DNA from: Oceanispirochaeta sp. | Lineage (GTDB): Bacteria; Spirochaetota; Spirochaetia; DSM-2461 | Direction of reading: 5' to 3' | DNA: 64,000 nt | Assembly (NCBI GenBank): GCA_963663385.2 | Contig: CAXXXD010000003.1 | Span: forward strand, 640,001-704,000 | In this document: positions 47,512 through 57,285 of the stretch, in pieces | Numbering within the stretch: the stretch's first letter is position 1 | Layout: the number at the start of each line of letters is the position of its first letter | Notes under the pieces: generated by a model | The model's input: only the letters and a program-made list of their open reading frames with translations | Told to the model about the DNA's origin: nothing | The model's database searches: none | Made by a program: the position numbers and the translations under genes

Positions 47512-48756
47512 TTATTTAATATAGTCCGCGCGGGCTTCGTCAATTTTGGCGGCAGCTTCGTCCAGGGCTTCCCGGGCACTCATTTTTTCCAGGAATACTT
47601 TCTGTACGGCGTCCCAGATAATGTCGGAAGCTTCTGTCCAGCCGCTTACAAGGGGCCAGCCCCTGGCGTTCAGGTTGGCTTCAGCCATGGCAGCATACAT
47701 GGGTGTCTGAAACTGGGGGAGTCCGGCCGCACTGATTGTGACAGGAGGAAATCCGATAGCTTCGTCAAGAGCGGCTTTCCATTCATCCTGATAGAAGAAA
47801 TCCAGGAATTTTCCAACACCGTCATGGCTCTTTCCGTCTTTATAGATAACGATAGAGTCGGTAATAATAAGAGGAGTGGATTTGTTTCCTTTGAAGCCTG
47901 GGATCTGACCATATTTGATGGGCCAGTCGGCATTGACTTTCTTGTGTTCCGAATCAGCCCAGGCACCGATCATTACATAGGCTGCCTTTCCGCCGAAAAA
48001 TACGGGATGGGACTGTTTTCTATCCTGAGAAATGTAACCGTCCTGTACAACCTTATCATCGTTTGCCAGCATGGCCATATATTCCAGAGCTTTAACACCG
48101 GCTGCAGAGTTAACAGTGCTTCTGCCGTTTGCATCGAAGTATTCACCGCCGGCGGCATAGAAATAGTAGCAGAAGTCGGTCAGCTCAGTGTGTTTTCCAC
48201 CGGGCATGATCAGGCCGTAAGCGCCGTCTTTGTTGGCTTCGATTGCCAGATCGCGGAGTTCTTCCATTGTTGCAGGTGCTTTTGAAGCAAGGTTTCCGTT
48301 GTATGCAAGAAAGCGGGCGCCTGCAGCGAAGGGAATACCCATCAGTTTGCCGTCCACCTTAGCTTCCATGGCACCGGGTGCAATGTTATCAAGGGTTTCT
48401 TTGGCAATATAATCGCCGGGTTCTACAATAGCATCCAGTTCCATAAAGTCCAGGATCCATCTTGTTCCGATAACTGATGCATCGGGCGGGAGTTTACCGG
48501 CCAGAGCCGTTGTCAGTTTGTCAAGCAGATTGTCCCAGTCTACCATCACGATATTCAGATCATATTCCGGATAAGCTTCGTTATAGGCTTCTTCCAGGTT
48601 CGTCATGTAACCGCCGCGCATACCGTCGTAATCGGCCATCCAGAATGTGACTCCTTCCTTACCGGGAGAAGCTTCCTGCTGTCCGGCAGCGAACAGGGTC
48701 AGAGGAAGTAATGCCAGTACGAATAACATTAAAGATAAAACAGCTATTTTTTTCAT
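47512..48756 (-). CDS. Sugar ABC transporter substrate-binding protein
   Basis: MKKIAVL signal with FAAGQQE spirochaete-type N-terminus; SBP family 1 features; AGGGGG RBS. Confidence 0.9.
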   Translation of the reverse strand: MKKIAVLSLMLFVLALLPLTLFAAGQQEASPGKEGVTFWMADYDGMRGGYMTNLEEAYNEAYPEYDLNIVMVDWDNLLDKLTTALAGKLPPDASVIGTRWILDFMELDAIVEPGDYIAKETLDNIAPGAMEAKVDGKLMGIPFAAGARFLAYNGNLASKAPATMEELRDLAIEANKDGAYGLIMPGGKHTELTDFCYYFYAAGGEYFDANGRSTVNSAAGVKALEYMAMLANDDKVVQDGYISQDRKQSHPVFFGGKAAYVMIGAWADSEHKKVNADWPIKYGQIPGFKGNKSTPLIITDSIVIYKDGKSHDGVGKFLDFFYQDEWKAALDEAIGFPPVTISAAGLPQFQTPMYAAMAEANLNARGWPLVSGWTEASDIIWDAVQKVFLEKMSAREALDEAAAKIDEARADYIK

Positions 48757-48857
48757 ATAGCCCCCTTTTAAGTATTTATTTAATACTAAGTCTGAATAAT
48801 CAAATCCATAAGTCAAAATTTTTATCATACGTAAATGGGTATTTATAAGGAGGATAT

Positions 48858-48888
48858 AAAAAAAGGTAGGAGATTTCCTCCTACCTTT
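48858..48888 (-). terminator. Intrinsic terminator of trkH
   Basis: AAAGGTAGGAG-ATTTC-CTCCTACCTTT with an A tract on the left. Confidence 0.8.
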
Positions 48889-48923
48889 GCTTTCGGGAAC
48901 ATACGGGCAGATCTGCAGCCCTG

Positions 48924-50381
48924 TTACTGGCGCTTCCAGAACCAGGGGGTAAGGATTACCAGTACTGTATAGATTTCCAGCCGGCCCATCATCATAGCCA
49001 GGCTGAGGAACCATTTGATACCGTCCTGGAAAAACGAGTAATTCATGGTTGGACCTACCAGGTTAAAACCGGGGCCGATATTTCCTACGGTAACAAGGGC
49101 CGTAGAGAAGGAGGACAGGATATCATATCCTCCTGCCGCCACCACGACAGTCGTCGTCAGCAGGCTGACCATATAAAGGAACACGAATCCCGTAATCACA
49201 CTGATTATATCTTTTCGTACAACCATCCTGTTCAGGCGGAGATGAAAAACACCGCGCGGATGGATGAGGTGCTTCAATTCCCTGGAGGCCAGTTTGAACA
49301 GCGTAACAATACGAACAACTTTCATACCGCCTCCGGTCGATCCGGCACAGCCTCCGATGAACATCATCAGAAAAAGGATTGTCTTGCTGAAGTTGGGCCA
49401 AACATCATAATCCGCGGTGGCATACCCTGTAGTCGTAATAATGGAAGCGACCTGAAATGCCGCATACCGGAGGCTTTCCCAGAATCCCTTGAATACACTG
49501 TTCTTCATAAGGGAAAAGGTTATGGCCAGGGATGCCGCAGCAAAAATTCCCAGATAGGCTTTCATTTCCGTATCGTCAGCCAGATCCCTGAAACGGCCGG
49601 TCAGCAGTTTGAAGTAGAGGGCAAAGTTCATACCCGCCATAACCATGAAAATGGTAATAACCCAGTGAATCCAGGGGGAGTCATAAAACCCGACACTTGT
49701 ATTCCTGGGGGAGAATCCACCGGTTGCCATTGTTCCGAACGTATGAGTCAGGGCATCGAAAAGGTTCATTCCCCCCATCATCAGGAGGATTGTTTCCACA
49801 ATCGTCAAACCCAGATAGATAAACCACAGGATTTTTGCCGTGTGAGTAATCTTCGGGGTAATCTTGTCAACCGAAGGACCGGGGGCTTCTGCTTTCAGAA
49901 GCTGCATGCCCCCGATTCCCAGCAGGGGAAATATGGCAACCGTCAGAACAACGATTCCCATTCCTCCCAGCCAGTGGGTCAGGCTGCGCCAGAACAGCAT
50001 GGAATAGGGCAGGCCTTCAATCGCCTTAAGTATGGATGCTCCGGTTGTTGTAAAACCGGACATGGTTTCAAAGTAGGCATCCGTATAGGAGGGAATTGTG
50101 CCTGAGATGTAAAAGGGAACCGCACCAAGCGCAGAAGCGGCAATCCAGCTGAGGGTTACCAGCATAAACCCTTCCCGTGGGGTTAATACTTTATCTCTGT
50201 TGTTTCTGGTTAATACGTAGATGACGGCTGAAACAGGGAGGAGCATAAGGATCGGTTCGATAAAGGCCTTGAAACTGTCCATTTCTCCGTAAAAAAGCGC
50301 AATCCCGGCCGGAATAAGCATAAATGCCGCAATTATAAGCAGCAGAATGGTCAGAACGTGAAAAATCAGTTTGTATTTCAT
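48924..50381 (-). CDS. trkH: Trk potassium uptake membrane protein
   Basis: SGFTTTGA, WLGGMGI, ATGGF, GGCAGSTGGG, GRLE. Confidence 0.95.
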   Translation of the reverse strand: MKYKLIFHVLTILLLIIAAFMLIPAGIALFYGEMDSFKAFIEPILMLLPVSAVIYVLTRNNRDKVLTPREGFMLVTLSWIAASALGAVPFYISGTIPSYTDAYFETMSGFTTTGASILKAIEGLPYSMLFWRSLTHWLGGMGIVVLTVAIFPLLGIGGMQLLKAEAPGPSVDKITPKITHTAKILWFIYLGLTIVETILLMMGGMNLFDALTHTFGTMATGGFSPRNTSVGFYDSPWIHWVITIFMVMAGMNFALYFKLLTGRFRDLADDTEMKAYLGIFAAASLAITFSLMKNSVFKGFWESLRYAAFQVASIITTTGYATADYDVWPNFSKTILFLMMFIGGCAGSTGGGMKVVRIVTLFKLASRELKHLIHPRGVFHLRLNRMVVRKDIISVITGFVFLYMVSLLTTTVVVAAGGYDILSSFSTALVTVGNIGPGFNLVGPTMNYSFFQDGIKWFLSLAMMMGRLEIYTVLVILTPWFWKRQ

Positions 50382-50386
50382 TCGGT

Positions 50387-51793
50387 TTAACCGCTTATGA
50401 TGGATTCAATTTTAGAGATGGAGTTCCGCTCCAGAATCATAACCAGATAATCACCGTTCTGAACAACCGTATCCCCAGTGGGGATAATATCGTTACCGTC
50501 ATGGGATATAAAAATGATCAGACTCTTGGCGGGCAGCCGGATTTCATTTATTTTCTTACCGGCTATGGGGGATTCGTTGCCTATCAGGAATTCTATTACC
50601 TCCAGCTTTCCTCCGGGAAGGGCATGAACATTCTTGATATTTCCTTTTCTGATTATCTTCAGAATGGAATTGACTACCGTATCATTCAGGCAGACAGTCA
50701 TATCCACATTCAAATTATGCGCCATTGTCCTGTAGCTGTTTCTGGTTACAAGGGCGAGCGACTTGGGTACCCCCAGGGTTTTGGCATAGATGCCTGTGAT
50801 GATATTGAGTTCCTGATTATTGGTAGCCGTAATAATCAGATCTGTGTCGTTCAGAAATTCCTCATCCTGAAAATGATCTTCCGTTACATCCGCATGAGTA
50901 ATCAGGGCCAGGGGAAACCGTTCGGCCAGTTCTTTACAGCGTTCGTAGTCCTTTTCGATAATCTGAATCTGTTTTTTGTTTTTTCTGTTTAAAAAGCGGG
51001 AAAGACGGGTCAGCCCCAGACGGGAGTACCCCCCCGATTCCTGCTGAAGCATTTCATCTGCCACATAGGAGGTTATGTGACCGCCTCCTATCATCAGGAT
51101 CCTGTTGATCTCCCTGTTTTCCTGATACTCCATATGGAATATCATTTCAAATCCTTTTTCCGTTGAAAGGAGGTATAGCTCATCCCCTTCAAGGATCGTT
51201 GTTTCCCCGGAGGGTATTATAAAATGGTCTTCCCGCATAACCGCTGCGACAAGAAAGGCAAAATTCACTTCCTGACGTATTGATTTCAGATCCTTGTTCA
51301 GAAAAACCGAGTCCCTTCTTATGGTAAGGTTCCGCATCTGCAGGCTGGTATTCTCAAAAAGCATAATATCGCTTCTGGCACCATGATTGACTGCGTAAGT
51401 TATAATCCGGGCGGCTTCAATTTCGGGATTTATTACATGATCGATTCCCAGAAAGGAGTTGGAAATCATTTTGGTCCGGGAGTAATCCAGGTTTCGAACC
51501 CTCGCAATGGTTCTGACTTGTTCGAACTCTGCAGAAACAAGTCCGCAGGAAATAAGATTGGTTTCATCCGAAGCTGTGACACTGACAAAAATATCCGCTT
51601 TTTGAATACCGGCTTTTATCAGGCTTTCCAGGTTATTACCTTCATCGTTGATAACAAGACAATCCAGTCTGTTGGCAGCGTCCCGGGCTTTATCCGGGTC
51701 TCTTTCGATTAGGGCGACGTCTTTATTTTCGGCAATTAATTGCCGGGCCAGCTGTGAACCTACACGACCGGCACCAAGTATTACAACGTACAT
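50387..51793 (-). CDS. trkA: Trk potassium uptake NAD-binding subunit
   Basis: ILGAGRVG, two RCK_N/RCK_C pairs, INPE; start placed at MYVVIL. Confidence 0.93.
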   Translation of the reverse strand: MYVVILGAGRVGSQLARQLIAENKDVALIERDPDKARDAANRLDCLVINDEGNNLESLIKAGIQKADIFVSVTASDETNLISCGLVSAEFEQVRTIARVRNLDYSRTKMISNSFLGIDHVINPEIEAARIITYAVNHGARSDIMLFENTSLQMRNLTIRRDSVFLNKDLKSIRQEVNFAFLVAAVMREDHFIIPSGETTILEGDELYLLSTEKGFEMIFHMEYQENREINRILMIGGGHITSYVADEMLQQESGGYSRLGLTRLSRFLNRKNKKQIQIIEKDYERCKELAERFPLALITHADVTEDHFQDEEFLNDTDLIITATNNQELNIITGIYAKTLGVPKSLALVTRNSYRTMAHNLNVDMTVCLNDTVVNSILKIIRKGNIKNVHALPGGKLEVIEFLIGNESPIAGKKINEIRLPAKSLIIFISHDGNDIIPTGDTVVQNGDYLVMILERNSISKIESIISG

Positions 51794-51988
51794 GATGACA
51801 AGATGATAATAGGAAAAACGGAAAATTGTCAATTTAAGTATATAATAATAAAATCGTATTTTAATAATTGGAATTAAAAGATTTTATCAAGGGTGCTGCT
51901 GTTACAGGAAAGGAACTTAATAATATTGCGGTAGTTCTCCATTCACTTTATAATATATTATGTATCATATCGGAGGAGTTACAGCCAA

Positions 51989-53299
51989 ATGAAAGAACGA
52001 GCCAAGACTTTTGTTATCGACACCAATGTTCTTATTCACAGACCGGATGCCATTATGTCTTTTAAAGACAGCGAAGTTGTTATTCCCATATGGGTTCTGG
52101 AAGAACTGGATAAGCTGAAGACCGAACATGAAGGACGGGGCCGGAGCGCCAGAGCTGCCATTCGCTTTATGAACGGAGTAAGTCGTCACGGGAACCTGCA
52201 GCAGGGGGTAAAGCTTGAAAACGGAGGACTCCTGAAAGTCATACTTGAGTACGATAAATCCGTGGAGGAGTCTCTGACTTCCTCTAAAATGGATAACAAG
52301 ATTATCCTCTGTGCCAAATACCTGCAAAAGCACAACAGCAATGTCTTTTTTGTTTCCAAAGATATAAATGCACGGATAAAGGCAATTTCCATCGGTATTA
52401 AAGCGGTGGATTATGAAAAACATAAAGTTAATATGCAGCACCTGTACGAAGGTTTCAGAGAACTTGATGGAGAGAAAAAATGCATTGATACCCTTCTCTC
52501 GGAAGGTGTAGCCGAGGCTCCGGACGCTAATATTTTCCCGAATCAGTATCTTATGCTGAAAGAAGGGGGAGAATCCAGGACTTTTCATATGGCACGTTAC
52601 AATAAAAATGATAATACGGTGGTGCATGTTCCGTCCTCTCTTGATGAGGCCATTATGGGCATAAGGCCTTTGAATGCCCAGCAGAGAATAGCTTTTGATC
52701 TGCTGCTGAATGACGATATCAAACTGGTGACCCTTGTGGGAAAGGCCGGAACGGGTAAAACCCTCCTGTCTCTGGCTGCGGGCCTGCAGAAGACAATGGA
52801 TGAAAAAAAGTATACCAGGGTATTACTGAGCCGTCCCGTAATCCCTATGGGAAAAGACATCGGCTACCTGCCGGGTGCCAAAAACCAGAAAATGAGCCAT
52901 TGGATGCAGCCTCTGTTCGATAACCTGGAGTATATTATCGATGTAGCCCACAGGCAGAATCTGAAAAGTATAGATCAGGTTATGAATAACAAGGTTATCG
53001 AAATCGAGGCGCTGACGTATATCCGGGGCCGTTCGCTTCCGCGGCAGTATATAATCATTGATGAAGCACAGAACCTGAGTCCTCACGAAGTTAAAACCAT
53101 TGTGAGCCGGGCCGGGGAGGGAACAAAGGTTGTACTGACCGGCGATCCCTACCAGATTGACAACCCTTATCTGGATGCTGAATCCAACGGACTTACCTGT
53201 CTGGTTGAAGCATTCCGCGAGGTGGAACTGGCCGGGCATATTACTCTTGGGCACTCGGAAAGAAGTCCGCTGGCTGAACTGGCATCAGAGTTGCTATAG
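51989..53299 (+). CDS. PIN-PhoH (PhoH2/YlaK-like) RNA helicase-RNase
   Basis: VIDTNVL PIN motif, GKAGTGKT, DIGYLPG, YIRGRS, IIDEAQN. Confidence 0.92.
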   Translation: MKERAKTFVIDTNVLIHRPDAIMSFKDSEVVIPIWVLEELDKLKTEHEGRGRSARAAIRFMNGVSRHGNLQQGVKLENGGLLKVILEYDKSVEESLTSSKMDNKIILCAKYLQKHNSNVFFVSKDINARIKAISIGIKAVDYEKHKVNMQHLYEGFRELDGEKKCIDTLLSEGVAEAPDANIFPNQYLMLKEGGESRTFHMARYNKNDNTVVHVPSSLDEAIMGIRPLNAQQRIAFDLLLNDDIKLVTLVGKAGTGKTLLSLAAGLQKTMDEKKYTRVLLSRPVIPMGKDIGYLPGAKNQKMSHWMQPLFDNLEYIIDVAHRQNLKSIDQVMNNKVIEIEALTYIRGRSLPRQYIIIDEAQNLSPHEVKTIVSRAGEGTKVVLTGDPYQIDNPYLDAESNGLTCLVEAFREVELAGHITLGHSERSPLAELASELL

Positions 53300-53320
53300 A
53301 AAGTCGGTAAAGGATATCGG

Positions 53321-53647
53321 ATGCCAAAATACAGTAAAAAGGTTCTGAGTGAACTGAATAAATGGAAAAAAAACTCCTTTAAAATTGCCCAGGAAAAGGC
53401 ATTGAGCGATCTGGCCCGGGAATTTAACCGATGGGAAAAAAAAAGGATCAGCGCGGATACACTGGAAATCGCCATTGAAAAGCATAAATCCTTCAGACGG
53501 GATCAGCTTGAGAAACAGTATATCGAGGACGGTGACCCGGGAGTGCCGGTGGCGGAAGGAATTGTTCAGGGATATATTCGAAAAGAAGATTTATCTGCGG
53601 AAGCTTATAATTCTATTGAGATTTTAATCGACTTGGTTAATATTTAA
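53321..53647 (+). CDS. Hypothetical protein
   Basis: 108-aa ORF with AAGGA RBS, co-oriented with its neighbours. Confidence 0.65.
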   Translation: MPKYSKKVLSELNKWKKNSFKIAQEKALSDLAREFNRWEKKRISADTLEIAIEKHKSFRRDQLEKQYIEDGDPGVPVAEGIVQGYIRKEDLSAEAYNSIEILIDLVNI

Positions 53648-53684
53648 AGTAGGGACTGAAATTAATATATAAGGAGCGGCACTT

Positions 53685-53927
53685 ATGGAAGAAGTTAAAT
53701 TTTGTTCATACTGCGGTAAATTGACAAGCTCCTGTTATGCCTACTGTCCGTGGTGCGGAAAAAGTCTTGAAAATAAAACCGACCTGGCGGATGCTCTGGA
53801 TAAATCTTTTGATAAAATAGAGAGAATTCAGGCGGAAGACAGGCTTGAGGTTCTGGATAAGCTTCAATCCTGTCTGGATTCCCTTGAAGAGGAAATCGAA
53901 GCTTTTTTGGCAAAATCTCATCATTAA
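53685..53927 (+). CDS. Small zinc-ribbon protein with C-terminal coiled coil
   Basis: CSYCG...CPWCG; AAGGAG RBS. Confidence 0.75.
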   Translation: MEEVKFCSYCGKLTSSCYAYCPWCGKSLENKTDLADALDKSFDKIERIQAEDRLEVLDKLQSCLDSLEEEIEAFLAKSHH

Positions 53928-53953
53928 GCTCTCTGTTTCCGATAATTCCAGTA

Positions 53954-56215
53954 ATGTACCGATTTAAAATACTTATTCTATTCCTGATTATACCTCTGGC
54001 CGGATTGTTCTCTCAATCCAGGCAGTTTCAGTTATCCCTGGCGGATATCAGTTCCGATAACCATATCCTTGTAGCCGCCGAGAATCCCCTGACCGGGGGC
54101 TATTCCTATAAAACCCTTATTCTGGGAAATGCGGAAACCCTTGAATATGGACCCCTGACCCTGTTTCCCGAGGAGAGTGGTTATTTCCCGGCCAGAAGGG
54201 AGCTGAGAGTTCACAACCATTACGGAATGTTCTCCTATGATTTAGATAATAAGAGCTGGCAGAGGGCGGATTTTCTCCCCTCTTTTAAACAGGGTGTCAG
54301 TATTTCACCCCTGACGCTCCTGCCAGTATACGACTCGCCCGACGGAAAATACAGTCTGTATCTGAAAGAAGAGGAGGGCGTCCGTGTCTCTCTCTATCTG
54401 TATGATCACGACAGAAGCAAGTCTATTCTTGTAACAGGATCCGTCCCGAGGGACTTCAGTTCCGAAATGGCAAAATGGTCTCCCGATTCCCGGTACTTTG
54501 TTTACAGGCGGAACAGAGATCTCTATTATTTTTCCATTGAGCAGTATATGAGCGGACGTATCCCTGCAGAGGACTTCAGGACTCTGGGCCACGAATATAT
54601 GAACTCTGTTTGCTGGGGTCAGGGAAACTATCTCTATCTTATCAGTGATAATTTGATTTACAGGCTCCATAGTTCCGAGTTTTTTACAAGATCATTTTAT
54701 GCAGACCCTTTTCATAAAGGATCCGTATGGGGGCGGATTCCCATTCATTACGATCCCCTGTTTGACGGTTTTGCCATTAATCCTTCCGGAACAGATATTT
54801 TTGTGGATAAAGATGACAGGCATGGTTTTGTATTCGCCCTGAACCAGATCTATGAGGAAAAGGAGAGTGTCCGGCAATCCGGAACCCTGTCTCTTCCGGC
54901 CGGCCAGGTTCTCAGCGACTACACATGGGTTGATAACCACAGGGTTCTGACCATGGCCAGGGATAGGTTGAAAAAATCCGGAGTCCTGTATCAGATGGAC
55001 AGACGGGAATCTACCGCTTTTTCTCCTGTTACAGCAGATGAGATAAATGCATTTGCCCTCAGTCCGGATAATTCTCAGATAGCCCTGTTAAGCAGGGAAC
55101 ATCTGACTATTGTGGACAGCTCTTTTAAAGAGGAACTGAACACGTATAAGCTGGATTCTCCCAGGAAGGTATACTGGATCGATGAAGGACTACTGATACT
55201 GGGGGGGCATGTTTTATCCAGGCAGGAGGAAGGCAAAAGTGAAATTATCGGACTGAGTCAGGTGGATGCCTATGCCTTTGATGCGGACAACAGGGTTGTC
55301 GTGGTTTCATCCGGAGAATCTTTTACCTATAACAGGGATTTCTCCTGGGAAAAGACAGAGGATAAATCCCTGAGACCCCATCGTCAGAGTACGGATGATT
55401 ACAGAATCTATCTGGAAGACCGTCCCGAGGGCTGGTATGCTCAGTCCCTTAAGGTAAGAAAGAATGACAGCTATACAACTGATGATCTGCTGCAGCCCTT
55501 CAGGATAACCGGTCTGGATGAGCTTCTGCCGCAGAATCTCCGGAATCAGGAGGATATCCCCTGGTACTTCAGTCACGGTAACAGACAGGGACGGAGACAG
55601 GTCAGTCTGGTAATCAATGCTGTAAACTCTGCAGAAGGCCTGAACCGGCTGATGGAAACCCTGGACGGCTACGGAATAAGGGCCGCCTTCTTTCTGAACG
55701 GAGACTTTATTAACAATTATCCCGACGGAACAAGGCTTATTGCCGAATCCGGGCATACGGTGGGTTCCCTTTTTTATACCTATTTTGATATGTCCGATCC
55801 CAAGTATCAGATTAACCGTGACTTTCTGAAAAAAGGACTGGCACGGAATGAGGATGATTACTTTATTGTTACCGGAAAAGAGATGGCCATGCTCTGGCAC
55901 GCTCCCTATTACTACCTGAACCGGGAGATTCTGGAAACGACCGGTATTCTGGACTATACCTATGTAGGAAAGGAAATGGAAATTCCGGACTGGATCGGGA
56001 AAGGTTCCGCAGAAAACGGACGATCGGGGTATGCCGAATCCCTTGAGCTGATAGACAGGATTCTGGATCAGGTAACACCCGGAGCCATCATCCCGCTTAC
56101 TCTCGGGCGCTTCGCCGAACGGGATGATTACCTTTACATGAAACTGGGAATGCTGATAGAGGGGCTGATTCTCGAAGGGTATGAAATTGTCCCCCTCTAC
56201 AATCTGATGGAGTAA
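53954..56215 (+). CDS. Exported beta-propeller + polysaccharide deacetylase-like domain protein
   Basis: Signal peptide; SPDG/WSPDS propeller repeats; C-terminal NodB-like AAFFLNG, GHTVGS, WHAPY. Confidence 0.75.
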   Translation: MYRFKILILFLIIPLAGLFSQSRQFQLSLADISSDNHILVAAENPLTGGYSYKTLILGNAETLEYGPLTLFPEESGYFPARRELRVHNHYGMFSYDLDNKSWQRADFLPSFKQGVSISPLTLLPVYDSPDGKYSLYLKEEEGVRVSLYLYDHDRSKSILVTGSVPRDFSSEMAKWSPDSRYFVYRRNRDLYYFSIEQYMSGRIPAEDFRTLGHEYMNSVCWGQGNYLYLISDNLIYRLHSSEFFTRSFYADPFHKGSVWGRIPIHYDPLFDGFAINPSGTDIFVDKDDRHGFVFALNQIYEEKESVRQSGTLSLPAGQVLSDYTWVDNHRVLTMARDRLKKSGVLYQMDRRESTAFSPVTADEINAFALSPDNSQIALLSREHLTIVDSSFKEELNTYKLDSPRKVYWIDEGLLILGGHVLSRQEEGKSEIIGLSQVDAYAFDADNRVVVVSSGESFTYNRDFSWEKTEDKSLRPHRQSTDDYRIYLEDRPEGWYAQSLKVRKNDSYTTDDLLQPFRITGLDELLPQNLRNQEDIPWYFSHGNRQGRRQVSLVINAVNSAEGLNRLMETLDGYGIRAAFFLNGDFINNYPDGTRLIAESGHTVGSLFYTYFDMSDPKYQINRDFLKKGLARNEDDYFIVTGKEMAMLWHAPYYYLNREILETTGILDYTYVGKEMEIPDWIGKGSAENGRSGYAESLELIDRILDQVTPGAIIPLTLGRFAERDDYLYMKLGMLIEGLILEGYEIVPLYNLME

Positions 56216-56371
56216 TGATCGGCTTTCTATTTGTAGATAGTCCTTTTATGCACTACAATTCAAAAGGTGAAGAATTACCCGGTATCAAAGAACTGCGAAT
56301 ATTTTATGGATCGGGCAGCTTCAGGGTTGCAAATTCTGACAAGGAGTTATAGATTTTCTAACATTCCTATT

Positions 56372-56398
56372 TAAGAATACATGAAAGCTTGCCGAAAA
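56372..56398 (+). promoter_or_regulatory. Sigma28 (FliA) promoter of fliS
   Basis: TAAG-N15-GCCGAAAA versus consensus TAAA-N15-GCCGATAA. Confidence 0.7.
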
Positions 56399-56431
56399 TA
56401 TATTGAAGAATTAGGGGAGGGCTGCCTTTAG

Positions 56432-56854
56432 ATGAACAGAAATCCGTTAAACGCCTATCGTCAAACCAGGGTCAAAACAGCAGGACAAGGCCGACTAATT
56501 GTCATGCTCTATGATGAGGCAATCAAACAGTTGGATCATGCTGGCCAGGAACTGAAAAAATCCGAATCAAAACTCGATACCGTTCATAATTGTATCGTGA
56601 AAACACAGGATATCATCACCGAACTGATGGCATCCCTTGATTTCGAAAAAGGCGGCGATATCGCTCAGAATCTCTACAATCTTTATATGTTTTTCAATCA
56701 GCAGCTGATGGAAGCGAATATTCAGAAGAAACCGGAAAATCTTAAAGAGATACGTAATCTCATGTCTGAACTCAGAGAAGCCTGGTCTTCCATTGAAGGA
56801 AAAGCCGCTGCACCGGAAAAATCTGCTGCCATGGGTGTAAATATAGCCGGTTGA
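56432..56854 (+). CDS. fliS: Flagellin export chaperone FliS
   Basis: AYRQ..V.TA, LIVMLYD, ELMASLDFEKGG.IAQNL..LY, ELREAW. Confidence 0.95.
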   Translation: MNRNPLNAYRQTRVKTAGQGRLIVMLYDEAIKQLDHAGQELKKSESKLDTVHNCIVKTQDIITELMASLDFEKGGDIAQNLYNLYMFFNQQLMEANIQKKPENLKEIRNLMSELREAWSSIEGKAAAPEKSAAMGVNIAG

Positions 56855-57285
56855 TCCAGGAGAAAGGAATGCCGGTTCATTCCGCAGCTGACTATATTCA
56901 TTCCCTGATCCTGGAGCTGGATCAGGTATATGAAGAGTATGGTAAAATACTTTGCACAGCAAAGAATAATCTGAAAAAATGGAATAATACCTCACTGTCT
57001 CATTTTCGGATTGTGGAAAAGGAATCAATGGATCGCATACGATCCTATGAAAAAACACTTTCCGCCTGGCTGAATGATCAGGAATCTTTAAGAACCCGCT
57101 TCTCACCGGAGATTTCCCTTCTGGCTGTCCGCAGAAAAGATATTTTTCAGGAAAACAGGCAGATGATGGAAGAGATCCGCTGCGTTATGTATACTCTCAA
57201 AAAGGAACAGAATTCCCTCCGGCTGCCCCGGAGCAATCCCAGAATAAAGGAATCAGTACCGACACTGATAGATATTAAATTATGA
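56851..57285 (+). CDS. Hypothetical helical protein, possibly a FlgN/FliT-like flagellar chaperone
   Basis: Overlaps the fliS stop; helical; C-terminal PTLIDI. Confidence 0.55.
   Translation: MIQEKGMPVHSAADYIHSLILELDQVYEEYGKILCTAKNNLKKWNNTSLSHFRIVEKESMDRIRSYEKTLSAWLNDQESLRTRFSPEISLLAVRRKDIFQENRQMMEEIRCVMYTLKKEQNSLRLPRSNPRIKESVPTLIDIKL

Noticed and set aside
51989..53647. PIN-domain toxin-antitoxin or defence module
   Set aside because: The PIN domain is part of a standard PhoH2 fusion, and no antitoxin-like upstream gene is visible.
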